Positions 13,291 to 26,225 of a stretch of DNA of 58,422 nucleotides are shown here, piece by piece. The DNA is from Coniocarpon cinnabarinum (Eukaryota), in contig JAVECO010000151.1 in the NCBI GenBank assembly GCA_051942205.1, positions 1 through 58,422 of the forward strand, read 5' to 3'. The number at the start of each line of letters is the position of its first letter. Position 1 is the first letter of the stretch. The notes beneath the pieces were generated by a model. It was not told where the DNA came from. It worked only from the letters and a program-made list of their open reading frames with translations, and did no database searches. The position numbers and the translations under genes are program-made.

Positions 13291-13521
13291 TCAGTGACTG
13301 CGAGTCCTGCTTGAAAAGCGATCTAGGCTATCCGCGCTGAGAGAGAGCTGCTCGTAATGTTCTCGGCCACCCAGTGTTGCTAGTGTCGTGAAGGACACTC
13401 AACGCCTGTCTAATCGTACAGTACTGAGACCTTCCACTAAGGTGCGCTAGACCTTGAGATTGAACTACACGCTGAAGCCGGAATCTGCAACGGTGTGAAT
13501 TCTGAGGCTGCACTAGTTTCA

Positions 13522-16101
13522 TCACGCGATATTGTACTTGGAGGTGATGCTGGTTGGTGCGCGGCTCTCAGCATCAGCTGCAGCAATGCAAGCGCTTTTT
13601 AGCAACTCCATAAGCTCACGCATAGCATTGGTGACCACGACTTCGGTGTCGCCCTCGACCAAAATATAGAGCTTCGGCAGATCTCCATTTTGGGGATTTG
13701 GCTCCTTACCTTGGGCGTAGTAATTGCCCTTGGTTGTGATCGAAGTCCCAGTATGCTCGAGGATCTTGGCCACATTGGTGCGATTGGTCACGGCCCAGCG
13801 AGCCTTCTGCGGGAAATCGTTGATTTCCAAGGTAGAATGAAAGGCGCCCGCGTCCGGCCCTTTGTTGTCAATGGGCGCAGTGCCACGAATGTCACCAGCT
13901 TTGCGCAAGCGCGCGTCAATCCTGGCCTTTGCAATCTCTGCTGCGCTCAGCTTTGTTTTCTTCGGCTCCGCATCCTGTGGCTCAGTCTTCTCGACCTTGA
14001 TTTGGGACGGATCGAGACTGATGTGGGAAGGAATGTTGGTTGGAGTAGCAACATTTGGCTCCTCTTTTTTATGGTCAGTCTCTGCCTTCGCGTTGACCTT
14101 GAATTTCTCGAGGCTCTCCAAGCCAGCGTCTTCCTCAGTCCCGTCGGGCTCGTCAGGCTCATCCTCTGTCTTGTGTAACTTCCGAAGGGCGTTTTTCTCC
14201 GCATCACGCTTTTGATCAATCTCATCCAGCCCTTTTCCGCCGAATCCGCCAAGGGCGGCTTTTGCCGCTCCTGACTTCACGCGCTCCAAAAAGCCGTCAG
14301 CCATCTTCTGAAGCGGTTGAGGGACTTCCGCATTGCTCTGTTTCAGCGCTTTGAGTATGTCAGGAGAGTATCGCTCCTGTTCGGGAGTGATGAATGTGAC
14401 CGCGGTACCGGTGTTTCCCGCGCGACCAGTGCGTCCAGCACGGTGAACGTAATCCTCGAGATGGTTCGGGCAATCGAAGTTGACCACCATACGAAGCTGC
14501 TTGACATCCAGTCCACGCGCAGCGACAGACGTAGCCACGAGCACGGGGAAGATACCCGCTTTAAAGTCGGAGATGATGGAGTCGCGGTCATATTGATCTT
14601 TCTGGCCGTGAATTGCGTTGCAAGGATAGCCCTTGCGCATGATAGCGCTTGCAAGCTTCTCAGCGGAGTCTTGTCGATCAACAAAGACAAGACTACGAGC
14701 GTCATCATCATTGTGCACTTCACCAAGCAGCTGCATCAGACGTTGAAATTTCTCGCTATCGGTTGACTTCACTTCCACGAGTTGTGTGATCTCAGAGCCG
14801 ACAACAGCTCTGCCGCCAACAGTAATTTCTACGGGCTTCTTCAACACGTTCCGGGCGAGATCGTCCATCTTTTGCGGGAAAGTGGCTGAGAACATGACTG
14901 TCTGACGTGAGGGACGAATGCGGTCCAAGATCATTTTGATCTGCGGGCCAAAACCAAGATCAAACATGCGGTCAGCCTCGTCCAGAACACAGTATGTCAC
15001 TCGCTTCAAGTTGGTGACACGACCAGAATTAGCCGCAAGCAAATCAATCATGCGCCCCGGCGTACAGACGATGATCTCGGCGCCCCTTTTGAGCTCAGCA
15101 ATTTGCTCAGAAATCGGAGCGCCACCATACGCGCACATGGCTCGAAGCCCAAGAGCCTTGAGCCAGGGGCGGCACTCTCGATGGATCTGCGTCGCTAGCT
15201 CCCGAGTGGGCGACACTACAAGGCCTACAGGACCTTCCATAGCCTTCAAAGGGCGCTGATCCTTGATGTGGCGGAACATGGGTAGAAGAAATGCGATTGT
15301 CTTTCCCGACCCTGTCTTAGCAATGCCAATCACGTCTCGACCGGACATGATGACAGGAATAGCTTGTGACTGAATGGCAGTGGGTGCGTCAAAGCCTAGA
15401 CTTGCGATTACGTTGAGCGAAGAGACCCCAAGCCCACATTGAGCAAAGTTCTGGACAGGTCTTGGCACCTTTTGGCCACGAACTTTGATGTCGTCCAGGC
15501 GCCGCATTTGGAGGACTTCATCCTCAGATAGCTGAGAGAGCTCGGCAGGCTCGGTATAGAAGTCTTTGCGAAAAGACTCGTATTTCATCTTTGCGTGATC
15601 AACGGATGGCAAATCTTTCTTCTTCACATTTTTTTTTGTCGCTTCGAGGATGTTTCCAGAATTTTCGTCCACGGCGGTCATAATGTCTTCGTCATCACTG
15701 AAGTACGCGAGGGCCTCTCTTCGTCCGCCATCTTGGAGATTTGGCTTGGCTCTGGTTGTACGTGATTTTGCTTCAGAAAGTCCTGCCATATATGCATCCA
15801 GCGGATCAACTTCGTCTTCGTCAGCAGCAGTCGACGCTCCATTGGAGGTGACCCCGTTCACCTGGACATCCTGAGTCTTTTCTACGCCTTTCATGTTATC
15901 CCGCTCCAAAGCTGAGCGCTTTTCGGCCACAGCTCGAGCCGCCGCATTCTCTGCATCTTCGCCATCGACTCCAAGGTCCGTCTCCTTGTCTTCATCTTGG
16001 GGCCCACTGATATGGTCACTGTCGACATTGTGATCGAGCTTGACTAACTTGCGGCGCTGCTCAGGTTCGTCAGCGAGATTGACCTGGTGCTTGGCCGCCA
16101 T
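13522..16101 (-). CDS. PRP5: Pre-mRNA-processing DEAD-box RNA helicase Prp5/DDX46, intronless
   Basis: DPLD motif ([10 protein letters not shown]), [35 protein letters not shown], and the C-terminal [18 protein letters not shown]-like domain. Start is the ATG at 16101, or possibly the in-frame ATG at 16161. Confidence 0.93.
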   Translation of the reverse strand: MAAKHQVNLADEPEQRRKLVKLDHNVDSDHISGPQDEDKETDLGVDGEDAENAAARAVAEKRSALERDNMKGVEKTQDVQVNGVTSNGASTAADEDEVDPLDAYMAGLSEAKSRTTRAKPNLQDGGRREALAYFSDDEDIMTAVDENSGNILEATKKNVKKKDLPSVDHAKMKYESFRKDFYTEPAELSQLSEDEVLQMRRLDDIKVRGQKVPRPVQNFAQCGLGVSSLNVIASLGFDAPTAIQSQAIPVIMSGRDVIGIAKTGSGKTIAFLLPMFRHIKDQRPLKAMEGPVGLVVSPTRELATQIHRECRPWLKALGLRAMCAYGGAPISEQIAELKRGAEIIVCTPGRMIDLLAANSGRVTNLKRVTYCVLDEADRMFDLGFGPQIKMILDRIRPSRQTVMFSATFPQKMDDLARNVLKKPVEITVGGRAVVGSEITQLVEVKSTDSEKFQRLMQLLGEVHNDDDARSLVFVDRQDSAEKLASAIMRKGYPCNAIHGQKDQYDRDSIISDFKAGIFPVLVATSVAARGLDVKQLRMVVNFDCPNHLEDYVHRAGRTGRAGNTGTAVTFITPEQERYSPDILKALKQSNAEVPQPLQKMADGFLERVKSGAAKAALGGFGGKGLDEIDQKRDAEKNALRKLHKTEDEPDEPDGTEEDAGLESLEKFKVNAKAETDHKKEEPNVATPTNIPSHISLDPSQIKVEKTEPQDAEPKKTKLSAAEIAKARIDARLRKAGDIRGTAPIDNKGPDAGAFHSTLEINDFPQKARWAVTNRTNVAKILEHTGTSITTKGNYYAQGKEPNPQNGDLPKLYILVEGDTEVVVTNAMRELMELLKSACIAAADAESRAPTSITSKYNIA

Positions 16102-16708
16102 GACCGGCCACGAGACGAAGGCACTGCACCTTGCTGCAGCAGTCCGAGTGTAATTCTGATGCACTTATCAACAGGGCAGCGTATGGCCTGAGAAATGCGA
16201 ATCAGAAGATATGGGAGACTGGCTCTGTATCGGCCAGGGAGAGAAAGAGCGAGAGGGGGAGAGAATAGAGGGCAAACCGAGCTCAACCCAGGTCTGGTGG
16301 GTCGAAGCCCGACACTAGGTTGCAATGAATAAGATCACGTGATGTTGATTTTCCAATCACCAAGTCGATGATCTTTCATGGTGGCCTTCAGCCCCGCAGG
16401 GGTGCCGTTGTCAGTGGCAAGTATGAGTGACCTCCTGACTGCAACGCGGTTCTAAGTATGCGTCGCAACAACTGAGGTTCAGATGTTTAGAGTCCGTCAC
16501 ATGGCTACGGTCTACCGAAGCGGCCTAGTGCGACACCAGCCTCGTCCTTTATCGCGGCAGCTTGTACCTGAAGCTGCACGCGAGCTTGGCGCGTCTTTGC
16601 ACAAGGCCTCCAATGCATACAACCAGTCTCTGGTATCTGGGGTAGATTGACAATCGTCTGCGTCACTTTCCTTCGCTCGTCACCTCTACGCATCTGGATC
16701 ATCTGAAC

Positions 16709-17820
16709 ATGACGGCGCCGCGCCTCCTTCTCCGCCGCCTGGCCTTCTCCACCACCCATCCGCAATCGAGCTCGCTCAGCACGCGACCATCCGGTCTTCT
16801 TTCTGCTCTCAGCCAATGTCTCAAGACTTCGACAGTCGCGCGTACTTCGTTTCAGGCATGCACGTTGCGCGCGTACGCCACACAGCGCGGTCGGCCCAAG
16901 AAAGGCGTAACATCATCGTCGTCAGGCAAAAAACCCGCTAAGAAGCCTGCACCGAAGCGAAAGCCAAAGGCCAAAAGTAAACCGGCCAAGAAGCCCGCCA
17001 AAAAGAAGCGCACTGTCAAGAAGAAGACTGACGAGCAGATCATCTCCGCAAAAGTGCGCGCTCTGCGACAGGTGGCATTACTGGACGTGCCCAAGCAACG
17101 GCCAACAACTGTGTGGACTATCTATAATCAGCAACACATTGGCAAGGGCGCGCTGGTAACCGATCAAGTTAGACAGAATGGCCGAGAGTACAGAAATTTG
17201 AGTGTCACACAGCGAGAGGTGTGTTTTGAAGCACGAAAGAGGTCTTTGGCCTGTTGACCCAATTGCTGACTGTTCTATCTAGTCTCTCAATCAAACGGCT
17301 ATCAACAACCGCGCCTTGAACACGCGCACTTACTCTGACTGGATTCGCTCTCACACGCCTGACCAGATCCGTCTCGCCAACAACGCTCGTGCTCGTCTCA
17401 ACCGCCTTGCGGGGCAGCGACATTCTACAGGCTACCGTTTTACAAAGCGATACACGCTCCTCAAGGACGACCGTCAACTCAAGCGGCCTAAGTCTGGGTT
17501 CATGCAATTTATGGCAGACCGGTGGGCTACCGGCGAATTCGCGGGTGTCAAGGTCCAGGAAGCGAGCAAGACCATGACACAAGATTGGAAAAACCTCAGT
17601 GAGTCCGACAGGAAGGTTAGTACCATAATTCTGATTCTGCAAACTATCTCAAGATGCTGACGTAAGCCAGCAATATAATGATGATGCTCTCGCTCGCAAA
17701 GAGGTGTATTTGACGGAGTCTGCTGAGCTCTACCCCTCAATTGCCGAGAAGCAGCAACGGGATAGGGCTGCGACGGAGCGACGAAATGCTCGTGGACGCT
17801 CAGAGACACTGGGCCGTTAA
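16709..17820 (+). CDS. Mitochondrial HMG-box protein (Abf2/TFAM-like); exons 16709-17218, 17283-17615, 17671-17820
   Basis: Presequence-like N-terminus (MTAPRLLLRRLAFST...RAYAT), Lys/Pro-rich tract, two HMG boxes (PKQRPTTVWTIY; LKRPKSGFMQF...WKNLSESDRKQY). Two canonical introns join in frame. Confidence 0.85.
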
Positions 17821-18125
17821 TCGGCCGGGCCCAAACTTGATTCTGTAAAGCTCTAAAAATACCGAGAGGTTCCTTTGGATTCCCAAGGATTTTGTTCCAT
17901 TGAGCATCATGTTCACGACGGCGGCGAGTTTCACATCCTTGTAACAATATACCATTATACACGGAGCTAGGGAAACTGTATGCTGTTCATGCTTGACATT
18001 TTGCAAACCTGCCTAACACGTGGAGTCGTTCGAGATTCAAAGACATCTTTAGGTACCTAGGTAAAGCACGACCTCTTTCCACGCTGACTTCTAGATGTTG
18101 CTGCCCATGGTCTTCCATTGTTGCG

Positions 18126-20279
18126 TCATTCACTATCCTCTGCATCCTTACCAAAGCCACTGAAACGCCTTTCCAGCTTTCTCCCCGCTCCTTGCATGCC
18201 CCTCGCTGCCTGGACTCCCGCTCCCCATAACGATTGATACAACACTGCGCCTTCCAGTGTTTTACTCACGGCACCAAATACGATCAATAAAGCGAACGTA
18301 ATCGTGAAAATGACTGCGAAGGCGATCCAATACGCTGTCACCGTCTCACCGGCTGGATCTCCCCACTCAATCCCGAAATATGCACTCAGTAGCGACACCG
18401 GCAAGAATAGAATCGTGGCTTTGCTCAGCAGCGTCGTCACGCGCGTCAGTCGCTCCATGGATGCGGCCTCCTTGACGGCGATGAGGTTATAGTTCATAGT
18501 AACCAGGCTGTCCTTGAGGTCGATGGACTCTTGGATCTCAGCGATTGCATACAGTCGAACACGGTCTCTCAGACGCTCGAAGCGCACACGGGCGCCAGAT
18601 GTCAGGTAGACACCGTATTGGTCGTACGCGGCGGGGCTGGAGCCAGGCGCAAGGGGATAATGGAAGGCATGGGCGGCGAGGTGGTGGCTGGAGAGTGGGA
18701 CGCAGATCGGGCGCGAAAAGAGAGTCTGATTCGCCTCGGGAAGAGAAGCCTCGACTTGCGGCGCGATTGTAGGAGGAGTATTAGCAGTGTGTACTTGAGG
18801 AGCACTGGCCGGTTGTGGGGAAGAGAAGGTGCTGGGTTGTCGTGGATTGTTAGAGGGAAGCGAAAGTGGAAAGGGCATGCGCTGTTTCTCAAGAACACGC
18901 ATGATGACGGTCTCGTAACTCTCGTATAGACGCTTCAAACATGCGAGTTGCCTGCCAATGTGCTGGAGGGAGTAGACATGCTCAACCCTAGGCGAAGACA
19001 CCATTTCATCGCGCAATCGGTTGAGCTCGGCACCGTAGTGATGATCGTGTGAAGTAAGAAGCGCATAAGAGTTCCACCAATCGTCAAAGAGGTAGTAAAA
19101 CAACAAGCCCGGGCCATCCACCTCAGATGGATGCCGATCGTCAAGCTGGCTCAAGTGTTCGCCATTCTCGCCTATCAGCGACTCAGTGTGTCGGATCGGC
19201 ACAAGTGAGATGGGATTCCGTTGAGGTGAGTATGAGACATTGGAGAGCTGCGAGAGGACGTTCAGGAGGTTGTATCTTGTCTTGCTTGCATCATGTGTCC
19301 TTAAAGCATCTAGCTGCATGCTCGAATAGGGGTCTTCGAACATGGAGATAACCGTACCTGGAATACCTTCTGTCAATAACTCTACTAAAGCGCATATTAT
19401 GGGAGCTGATGCTGACTCACAATCATCACACAAGATAAGCCAGTTCCATATTCGATCCCCGTGCGGCAGTTTCGCATCGCCGTAGCTCTGCTGGTCGTGT
19501 GTTGGTTTAGAAGCATGTCTGTCGGGCTTCACGTTGTGTAGCATGTTGTACCCTATACAGAAATCTATGAATCTGGTCAGTCCATCTGACCCATTATATG
19601 GCGACGTGAGAGTCCGCACACTTGACGCCTGGATCGACCGAAGTGTAGTGGTAGATGGACCTGACGACATCGTAGTGGGTAAGATCCTTCATCAAATCAT
19701 ACTCAATCGTCTGGGTCTGCGCAGTGTGCTTCTCGATGTCGAAGGTTTCCAGCTCCACATCACCAGAAGCATGAGACGGTGCCTTGTTCGTAGGCGGCTT
19801 GTGTGTTTTTGACCGCCTTTGCGAATTGATGCAATGCTTCGACTTCATAAGCCCCCTCAAACGCGGCGAAAAGCCGTACGTAGCCGCTAGATGCTGAATA
19901 GAGTGAGTCTAATACAACCAGAAGTGCGACCTAAGTCTCACATCGATGATCTTGGTCTGCCGGTCAGGCGCCCAAATATTGCTAGCTAAATCAGCCTATG
20001 CTTCGTCGAAGATGTTCAAGTGCAGCCATACATCCACCTCGTGCCATACTCTAGTGGCTTCTGTATACACTCAGCCTTCACCAGTTTCTGGCGCTATCGC
20101 TGGCAGTTCACCTTTTCCCCAAGTAGCTGCCTGAGATCCCCTTCATCGATGTCAAAGGCACATCGCGCTTTCTCGTGACTGAAGTCCAGTACAAAGTTTC
20201 TTGCATCTGCACTTCTTGCTCGTCCAAGTGCCTGCGTATACACGTGGCTGTCATCAAAATTACCGAAGTCGACAGGCAT
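18126..20279 (-). CDS. Conserved fungal membrane protein with CorA-like C-terminal helical/transmembrane domain, about 5 exons
   Basis: Spliced NFVLDFS, TRWINIWAPDRQ, YGFSPRL, GPGLLFYYLFDDW. C-terminal MERLTRVTTLLSKATILFLPVSLLSAYFG plus a second TM helix. Confidence 0.8.
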
Positions 20280-20880
20280 CTTGAGAAGGGCAATCCACAG
20301 TTCCCGCAGAGATCACTTTACCAAGGGGAGTCTCTTCTGGCAACACAAGCTCCAGCTCTCATGGCATTCAAGATCGTTTCGAAAGCAGCCGAAGGGTCTG
20401 CACTTTACATGATTCACACAGGGAAGGAGGATGTGCGTGCAAGTCAGACGACAACACGGCCGGGGGACACTGTACAGGTCTAGTGCAAGGTCATGAGGCT
20501 GAGCCTTGCGTCGTGTTTGCCTGGCGTCTAGGTTCCCATTGCATCAGGCGCGGCCGTCGATCACTTCGACATCATCGTTACCATCGTGTCGCAGGCATTT
20601 CAGTCGAAGCCGACAAGGGTATGCGCTGCTGCGAAGTCACTACAAGAAGTCACCGGATCATGTGTACAGTCCCAGTCTTGGCAGGTGACTCAGAATATTA
20701 TGTGAGACCTCGTGCATCCGGTGCCCCGTGTATCTTACACGAATCTCCTTGGATTTCTGCCGCTTTCTACATGCTCAGTCCGCCGCAACTTGACCGAGAT
20801 GGCACACAAAAAGCACTACACCCAGACACCAGCGCTAAACCATGGCACACAATCATGCACTTCGCTCGACCTGAAACACA

Positions 20881-23800
20881 TCACTCATTCATGACTTCAT
20901 CACCCTCTACCGCTGCCTGCACTTCTGCATCAGTCATTCCCAATACTCGTCCGTAGGGTAGGATGATGCGCTGCAGATCACGATACTTGCCCAGGATGAG
21001 CACCACGTCTTTCAGCAAGGCCTCTTTCTTCCAGCCGCATAATTCAGTGGTCGTGCCGCCGAGGTAGCTGTTGCTCGAGTCGCGCAAAAGAGATACGTCG
21101 TTGCTCGTACTTTGGTCATCGAAAACGCCAGCGATGAGGCTGCGAAGCAACTCTTCGATCTTTAGCCGCGCCCCTTCATTTCCAAGACGTTTGGCGTACA
21201 TATTGAGGTAGGTTTTAAACTCGTCTTTCGCGCCAAGCGTCAGTGCAGCTGCCAGTCTATTCTCAAGATGAGCAACAGACACTCCAGCTTCAAACCCTTC
21301 GTATCCTTCCGCTGATAAAAGCGCCCGTACCAGTCGTTGTAGAAAGTAGGCTTTGCCGGGCAACAGGGTGTGTGAAGTGGTGTTACGCTCTAAATATGGA
21401 ATAATCCCACCAGAGAGATTCTCGAGCCTGACGGTCTCATTTTCGTCGTCGTCGTGACTGGCGCCTTTACCCAAGATGCGTGAGTTCTGTGCCAGACCGG
21501 GCTCAGAAACGGACGTGTTCCAGTACTGACTGCCCACAGCCCACCATTGCTCAGAGAGTCGCTGCCAGACCTGCATTTGTGTTGAGTAAGTGAAGCCATC
21601 TCCGTTACTCATGCCAACGATGATGCGGCCCTCTGAATTGAGCCTGGCAAAGATAATACCGGGCCCGCCAGTCAAATGGGGCTGTTGTGAAATGGCTGCT
21701 ACATCCAAAATTGGCGCGACCGAGATTGGAGGATGTGCAGCGGTGCATTTATCCATATTCCAGACATAGCACAAGCCCACGGCCGTGACGGCCAAAAGCC
21801 AAGAGCCGCGACTATCAAGCATGACGCATTGGGCTTCAAGCAGGAAGGTGTTGAACAATCTCCTGCCCGCGGGCGTCCAAGTGACTAATGTCCCATCATC
21901 ACAAGCAGCGGCCCAAAATCGCTTGTTGCCAGTCACTAGGAGAACAGGTCTAGGCAGAAAGTCTTGCCAAAGTTGTTGTCCTCTTTTTGAAACAACCACA
22001 CGCGCAGGTTCACGGTCCTGCACACGACCTGTCAAAGACCGAGCAGGGGGGTTGCGCACTTCCAGTTGATGCGAGTCCTCGTTCACACTTGCCCTGTCTT
22101 GTTCAGCGTTCTCAGCGGAGCGACCAATTCCGTCGAGCGAGCGAACGATGTGTGATCGTGTCACAGGTGTAGCAAGACGAATCTGGCTGATGTGTTGGCT
22201 CGGGTGGGTGGGCGCTGTGACTGGTATAGTTGCCTGCATGACTGATCGACTGGCTGGTTTCACGCCGTCCGCAGTGTTCGCCATAATTGGGACTGCGCCT
22301 TGACGCTCCATAGAGTCTACACGCTGCCGTATGGAATTGTCATCGTCGCTACCGGTCTCTGCCAGCTTACGTCTGTTACCAGCGAGCATGGACGTAAGGC
22401 CCCCTCGAGGTAGTCCGTCATAAGGCTTCGAGAGATCCAGTATGCTCTGGGGCGCTTCATTTGCGTTCTTGCTCTGCGATGTCGCTGCCATAAGTTGAGC
22501 CGTTGGCATCGACGACTCCTGCGAGCCAGCTGTAGAAGACACTAGCAGCGGCGCTACGCGCTTCTTACCGTCTTTAGTCACAGTAACTTTTTGCTTAAGT
22601 CTTTCAATTTTGGTAGCGTTTGAATCTTCCGCGATTGGTTTCTTCGAAACTGACCCCTCCACTTGACCGTTTGTCATTGGTATGTCTTTCTCTTGCGACT
22701 TGAACGAACTGTCGGTCGCTTTGCCGTTTGCGTGGATTCCATTCGTCATGCCGTTCACTATCGAGTGTGGGTCGCCCATTAGTTCACCCATCCTGCCTCG
22801 TACGTTCCTCATCTCATCTTCTTTACTGAGTTCTTCGAGTACCCAGCCCTCCGGACCTTCAATGACACCTACCTTTCGACCAGCACCATACTTGGCTAGA
22901 CTTTGATCATTGTATTCCGCTGGCATTGGGTATCCCAGCTCACCAGGGCCAAAGCTTGCCACCGCAATACTTCCGTCCAAGCTAGTGAAGAAGCAACTCT
23001 CGCCGTTAGGTGCCCAGGCGAGATCAGAGATCGACTTCATGCACAGTCCATCGAATACCACCAGCGGCTTTGAGCTGGCCGTGTTCCACAAACTCAGAGC
23101 GCGATCCTGGCCGCCGCAGGCAATGACTGTAGAGGTGGAGCCGGGAGGTACTTGAGGGCTGGCGGGGTCAACTGACGTCTTCGCGAAGATGCGCGGTGAA
23201 AAGGCACAGACTTCCAGAGGTCCTTCGTGTCCAATGAGGTTGATGTCACTGTCCCATGTACCACGGTTGATAATAGCGGCCGTCGATACAGGTCCATTGG
23301 TGGCATTTGCGGCTGCTATGTGTACACCATCTGGCGACCATGAGCACCTTCTGAAGTATGTCGAAAGTGGAGATGTTTGAAAAGGATCGACAATGCTGGC
23401 CTCTTGTACAAAATTCTCCACTTGATCTTGTGCAGTCGAGTTCGGCTGAGGAGAGGTATAGCGAAAGATTTTAATTGTTCTATCATCGCTGGCCGTGGCA
23501 AAGTATTTGTTCGCAGGATCGAACGTAATACCCTTCACATGGCTAGAGTGGGACGAGATTGTCTTCAACTTTTCAAAGGTGTACCCTGACCAGACCACAA
23601 TGCGAGAGTCCAACCCCACCGACACAAGAATGGAGGAATCGCATGACCAGCCGAGATCTTGGATATCGTTCTCATGTCCAATCAGCCGCCGGAAAATGCG
23701 CCAGTTTTCTACGGGCGGTTGTTCATTGGATCCAAAGGTGGTGTGAGTAGGTGGATTGGGGTCGAGCGCGTAGACGCATACAAACTTGTCATCCGCGCCA

Positions 23801-24114
23801 CTTGCAAGGTATCTGCTGTTGCCTGAGAACCTTGCCGCATGGATTGTGCCGGTGTGATGATTGAGTGCTGCCAATTGACGTGGACCTTTGAACTCAGGAT
23901 CTGAACCCTTGTATATGGCTTCCGTGGACCAGATGCGAACGAAGCTGTCGCCAGCAGCGGTGACTAATCTCGTGCCATCAGCTGAGATATGGCAGCTGTA
24001 AACCTCAAAATCTTTCTTCTCTCCTGCTCATTGTTAGTTGACCCAACCAGCAGGTGTGAGACGAATCAGCAGCGCACCGCCGTGTCTTAACCATAGAGGC
24101 TTGTAGAGCTGCAT
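20881..24114 (-). CDS. HIR1: Histone transcription regulator / HIRA histone chaperone; exons 24114-24078, 24023-20881
   Basis: Spliced N-terminus MQLYKPLWLRHGGEKKDFEVYSCHIS, WD40 repeats, B-domain QKVTVTKDGKKRVAPLLVS, C-terminal SVAHLENRLAAAL. Confidence 0.95.
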
Positions 24115-24894
24115 TCTCGATGATCAAAATGCCGCGACAAGCGCATGTCGAGAGCATGAAAAGAAGTCTAATGCGGGCAACAGGTGGCGACCTTGCGGCT
24201 TGGGACTGTCGTAACTCGGTGCCGCAGCCCAATCAGTCGCGTCAAACTTGGATTGTGAGATAGCGGGCGCGCCCTCAATATTTGTGACAGCGTTTGAAAA
24301 CTGAACTGCCGACGGAGGGAATGAAATGTATTTTACAGCAGTGCATTTCACAAAGCTATTTTACTCGTTCCCTGCATGTGCTGCTTTCTCTTTTCTTGGT
24401 CCTTCAACATCAGTAGTGGTATGTCTCTTACCTAAAGATACATATCCATGGAGCTCCACCATTTCTGGTGGCTGCTGAGGATTGGATTTTGGTGATGCGA
24501 ACACGCTCCCAGTGGCTTTTCCTCCGTTCCCAGGCTCCTAGATGGACCTTGGCACTCGTCTGACCTTACTTCGCGATTTGTATGCTGTAGAGTCGTGAAT
24601 GTGGGATGAGTGCTACACTTCAATTCACGATGCAACGTATCGGATCACGCGCAACCAACAGCATGCTCGACACCCTGGCGAACGCCTTAACGGACTCACT
24701 ACGCTACAATGCAGCACTAATTGCTTGCGCGTACATTATTCAGATCAACTAAAGATCGGCCATAAGAACCGTGCTGTCGAGGAGGCTAACAAACAAAGAG
24801 AGAGAGGGAAGTTTATAAGAGACCGTTGTTTGTTGTTCACACTAGCAACTAGCTGGACACATAAGTAATTGGCTGGTGCTGCCTGTGACCAAGT

Positions 24895-25675
24895 CTAGTA
24901 CAGCCGCTTGGGAGGACTCATTGTTGCCTTGATTGTCAAGCTTCCTACGTTCTGCCAGCCTTTCTTCAACAACGATACCAAGTAGTTGATAGCCAGCATA
25001 ACGTTCGCGACAAGCTGATCCTGCGTCATACCCACATTGCCGACTGCCACACCCATACAGAGCACTTTCTTCAACTGAAATTTGATGGTTGACTTGACCT
25101 CGGTCATTTTGGCTGTAAGATCTTCGTTGTGTGAAACTGGTGTAGGAAATTTGCCAGCTGCGTGGAGAGATTAGCGCCCATTTTGCCATCCCTTGCTCAA
25201 CACGGTCTCATACCTTTGGACAATCCAGGACCCAAGAGACGTGGTATTTGCTTGATCAATGACTCGGAAGCCAAAAAGGCATCATACTTGCGTGCGAGCT
25301 TCTTGATGAGCTTCTTGTTCTTGTTAAGCTTCTTCAAATCGTCCGTAGACATTGCATCGACGCCCATGTGTTTAGCCCGGTCGATATCGTGTTGGTCGCC
25401 GATAATGCAAAGAGCCATGCCTGGACGAGGCACTTGTGGAAGTCGGACGGTACCTGAGCTGCGCCGCAACGGTCAGTGTCACTCTCGGCTGCGCGCAATT
25501 CATGGATCTCGGCGGCGATTCCTACATACAAACGCTTGTCTCGTTGCGGGTCGTAGTTCTTCAAGCCAATCTGAAGCTCCACGGTCTCGAGGAAATTCCG
25601 CTTCTTCTCATTGTTGGAGTAATCTAGCAGCTGCTGCACGTTCTGGCGCACTCCGGCGACTGTAATTTTCGACAT
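24895..25675 (-). CDS. RPL1: 60S ribosomal protein uL1 (L1/L10a), 3 exons
   Basis: [72 protein letters not shown]...SPPKRLY. Confidence 0.97.
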
Positions 25676-26225
25676 CCTGGCGACAGTCTTCCAGAAAGAA
25701 TCTCAAGAAGAATTCCTTTTGGTGTGGATTGGCGCAAAGGCAATGGAGGAGAAGCTTCAAAAGTGGGCATGCTCAAGGAAGTGTGGCTGCATACGGTATT
25801 GTGGGATTTGCGATTTCGCTAATCTCCATTGGGACAATGCCAAGCATTGACTGGTGAGTTCAAGACGATGTTTTTTTCCTTTTGAGAATGTTGCCTGGAT
25901 CCACCGACCTGTCCGCCATTTCATGCTTGCTGCCAAATTCAGTACTCGAATAACACAGTCGCCTCCTTAATTATTGAGCTTATGGCTAATGCCATATCAA
26001 ACCAGTCTCAACAGTGTGTCGAGAATTACTTGAGGAAAAAGCATCGCAAACTACGGCCACTATGAGCTCATGTGGTTTCGTTGTCGGGGAATTGAAAACC
26101 CCTGACCTGGTTTGCTACAGGATAGGACGGAAGACGAAGAAGTCGCAAGGTTTTTCAAGGAAAAACTACCGCTTTCATGTTCAGAATTCCTGACTTTGAC
26201 TTGTACATGAACAATACAAATTCTA

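Noticed and set aside
16330..16700. PRP5/HMG intergenic region as a snoRNA, RNase P/MRP RNA or snRNA
   Set aside because: GATGA and CTGA words are present, but I found no convincing rRNA guide, P4 consensus or snRNA signature; treated as a divergent promoter.
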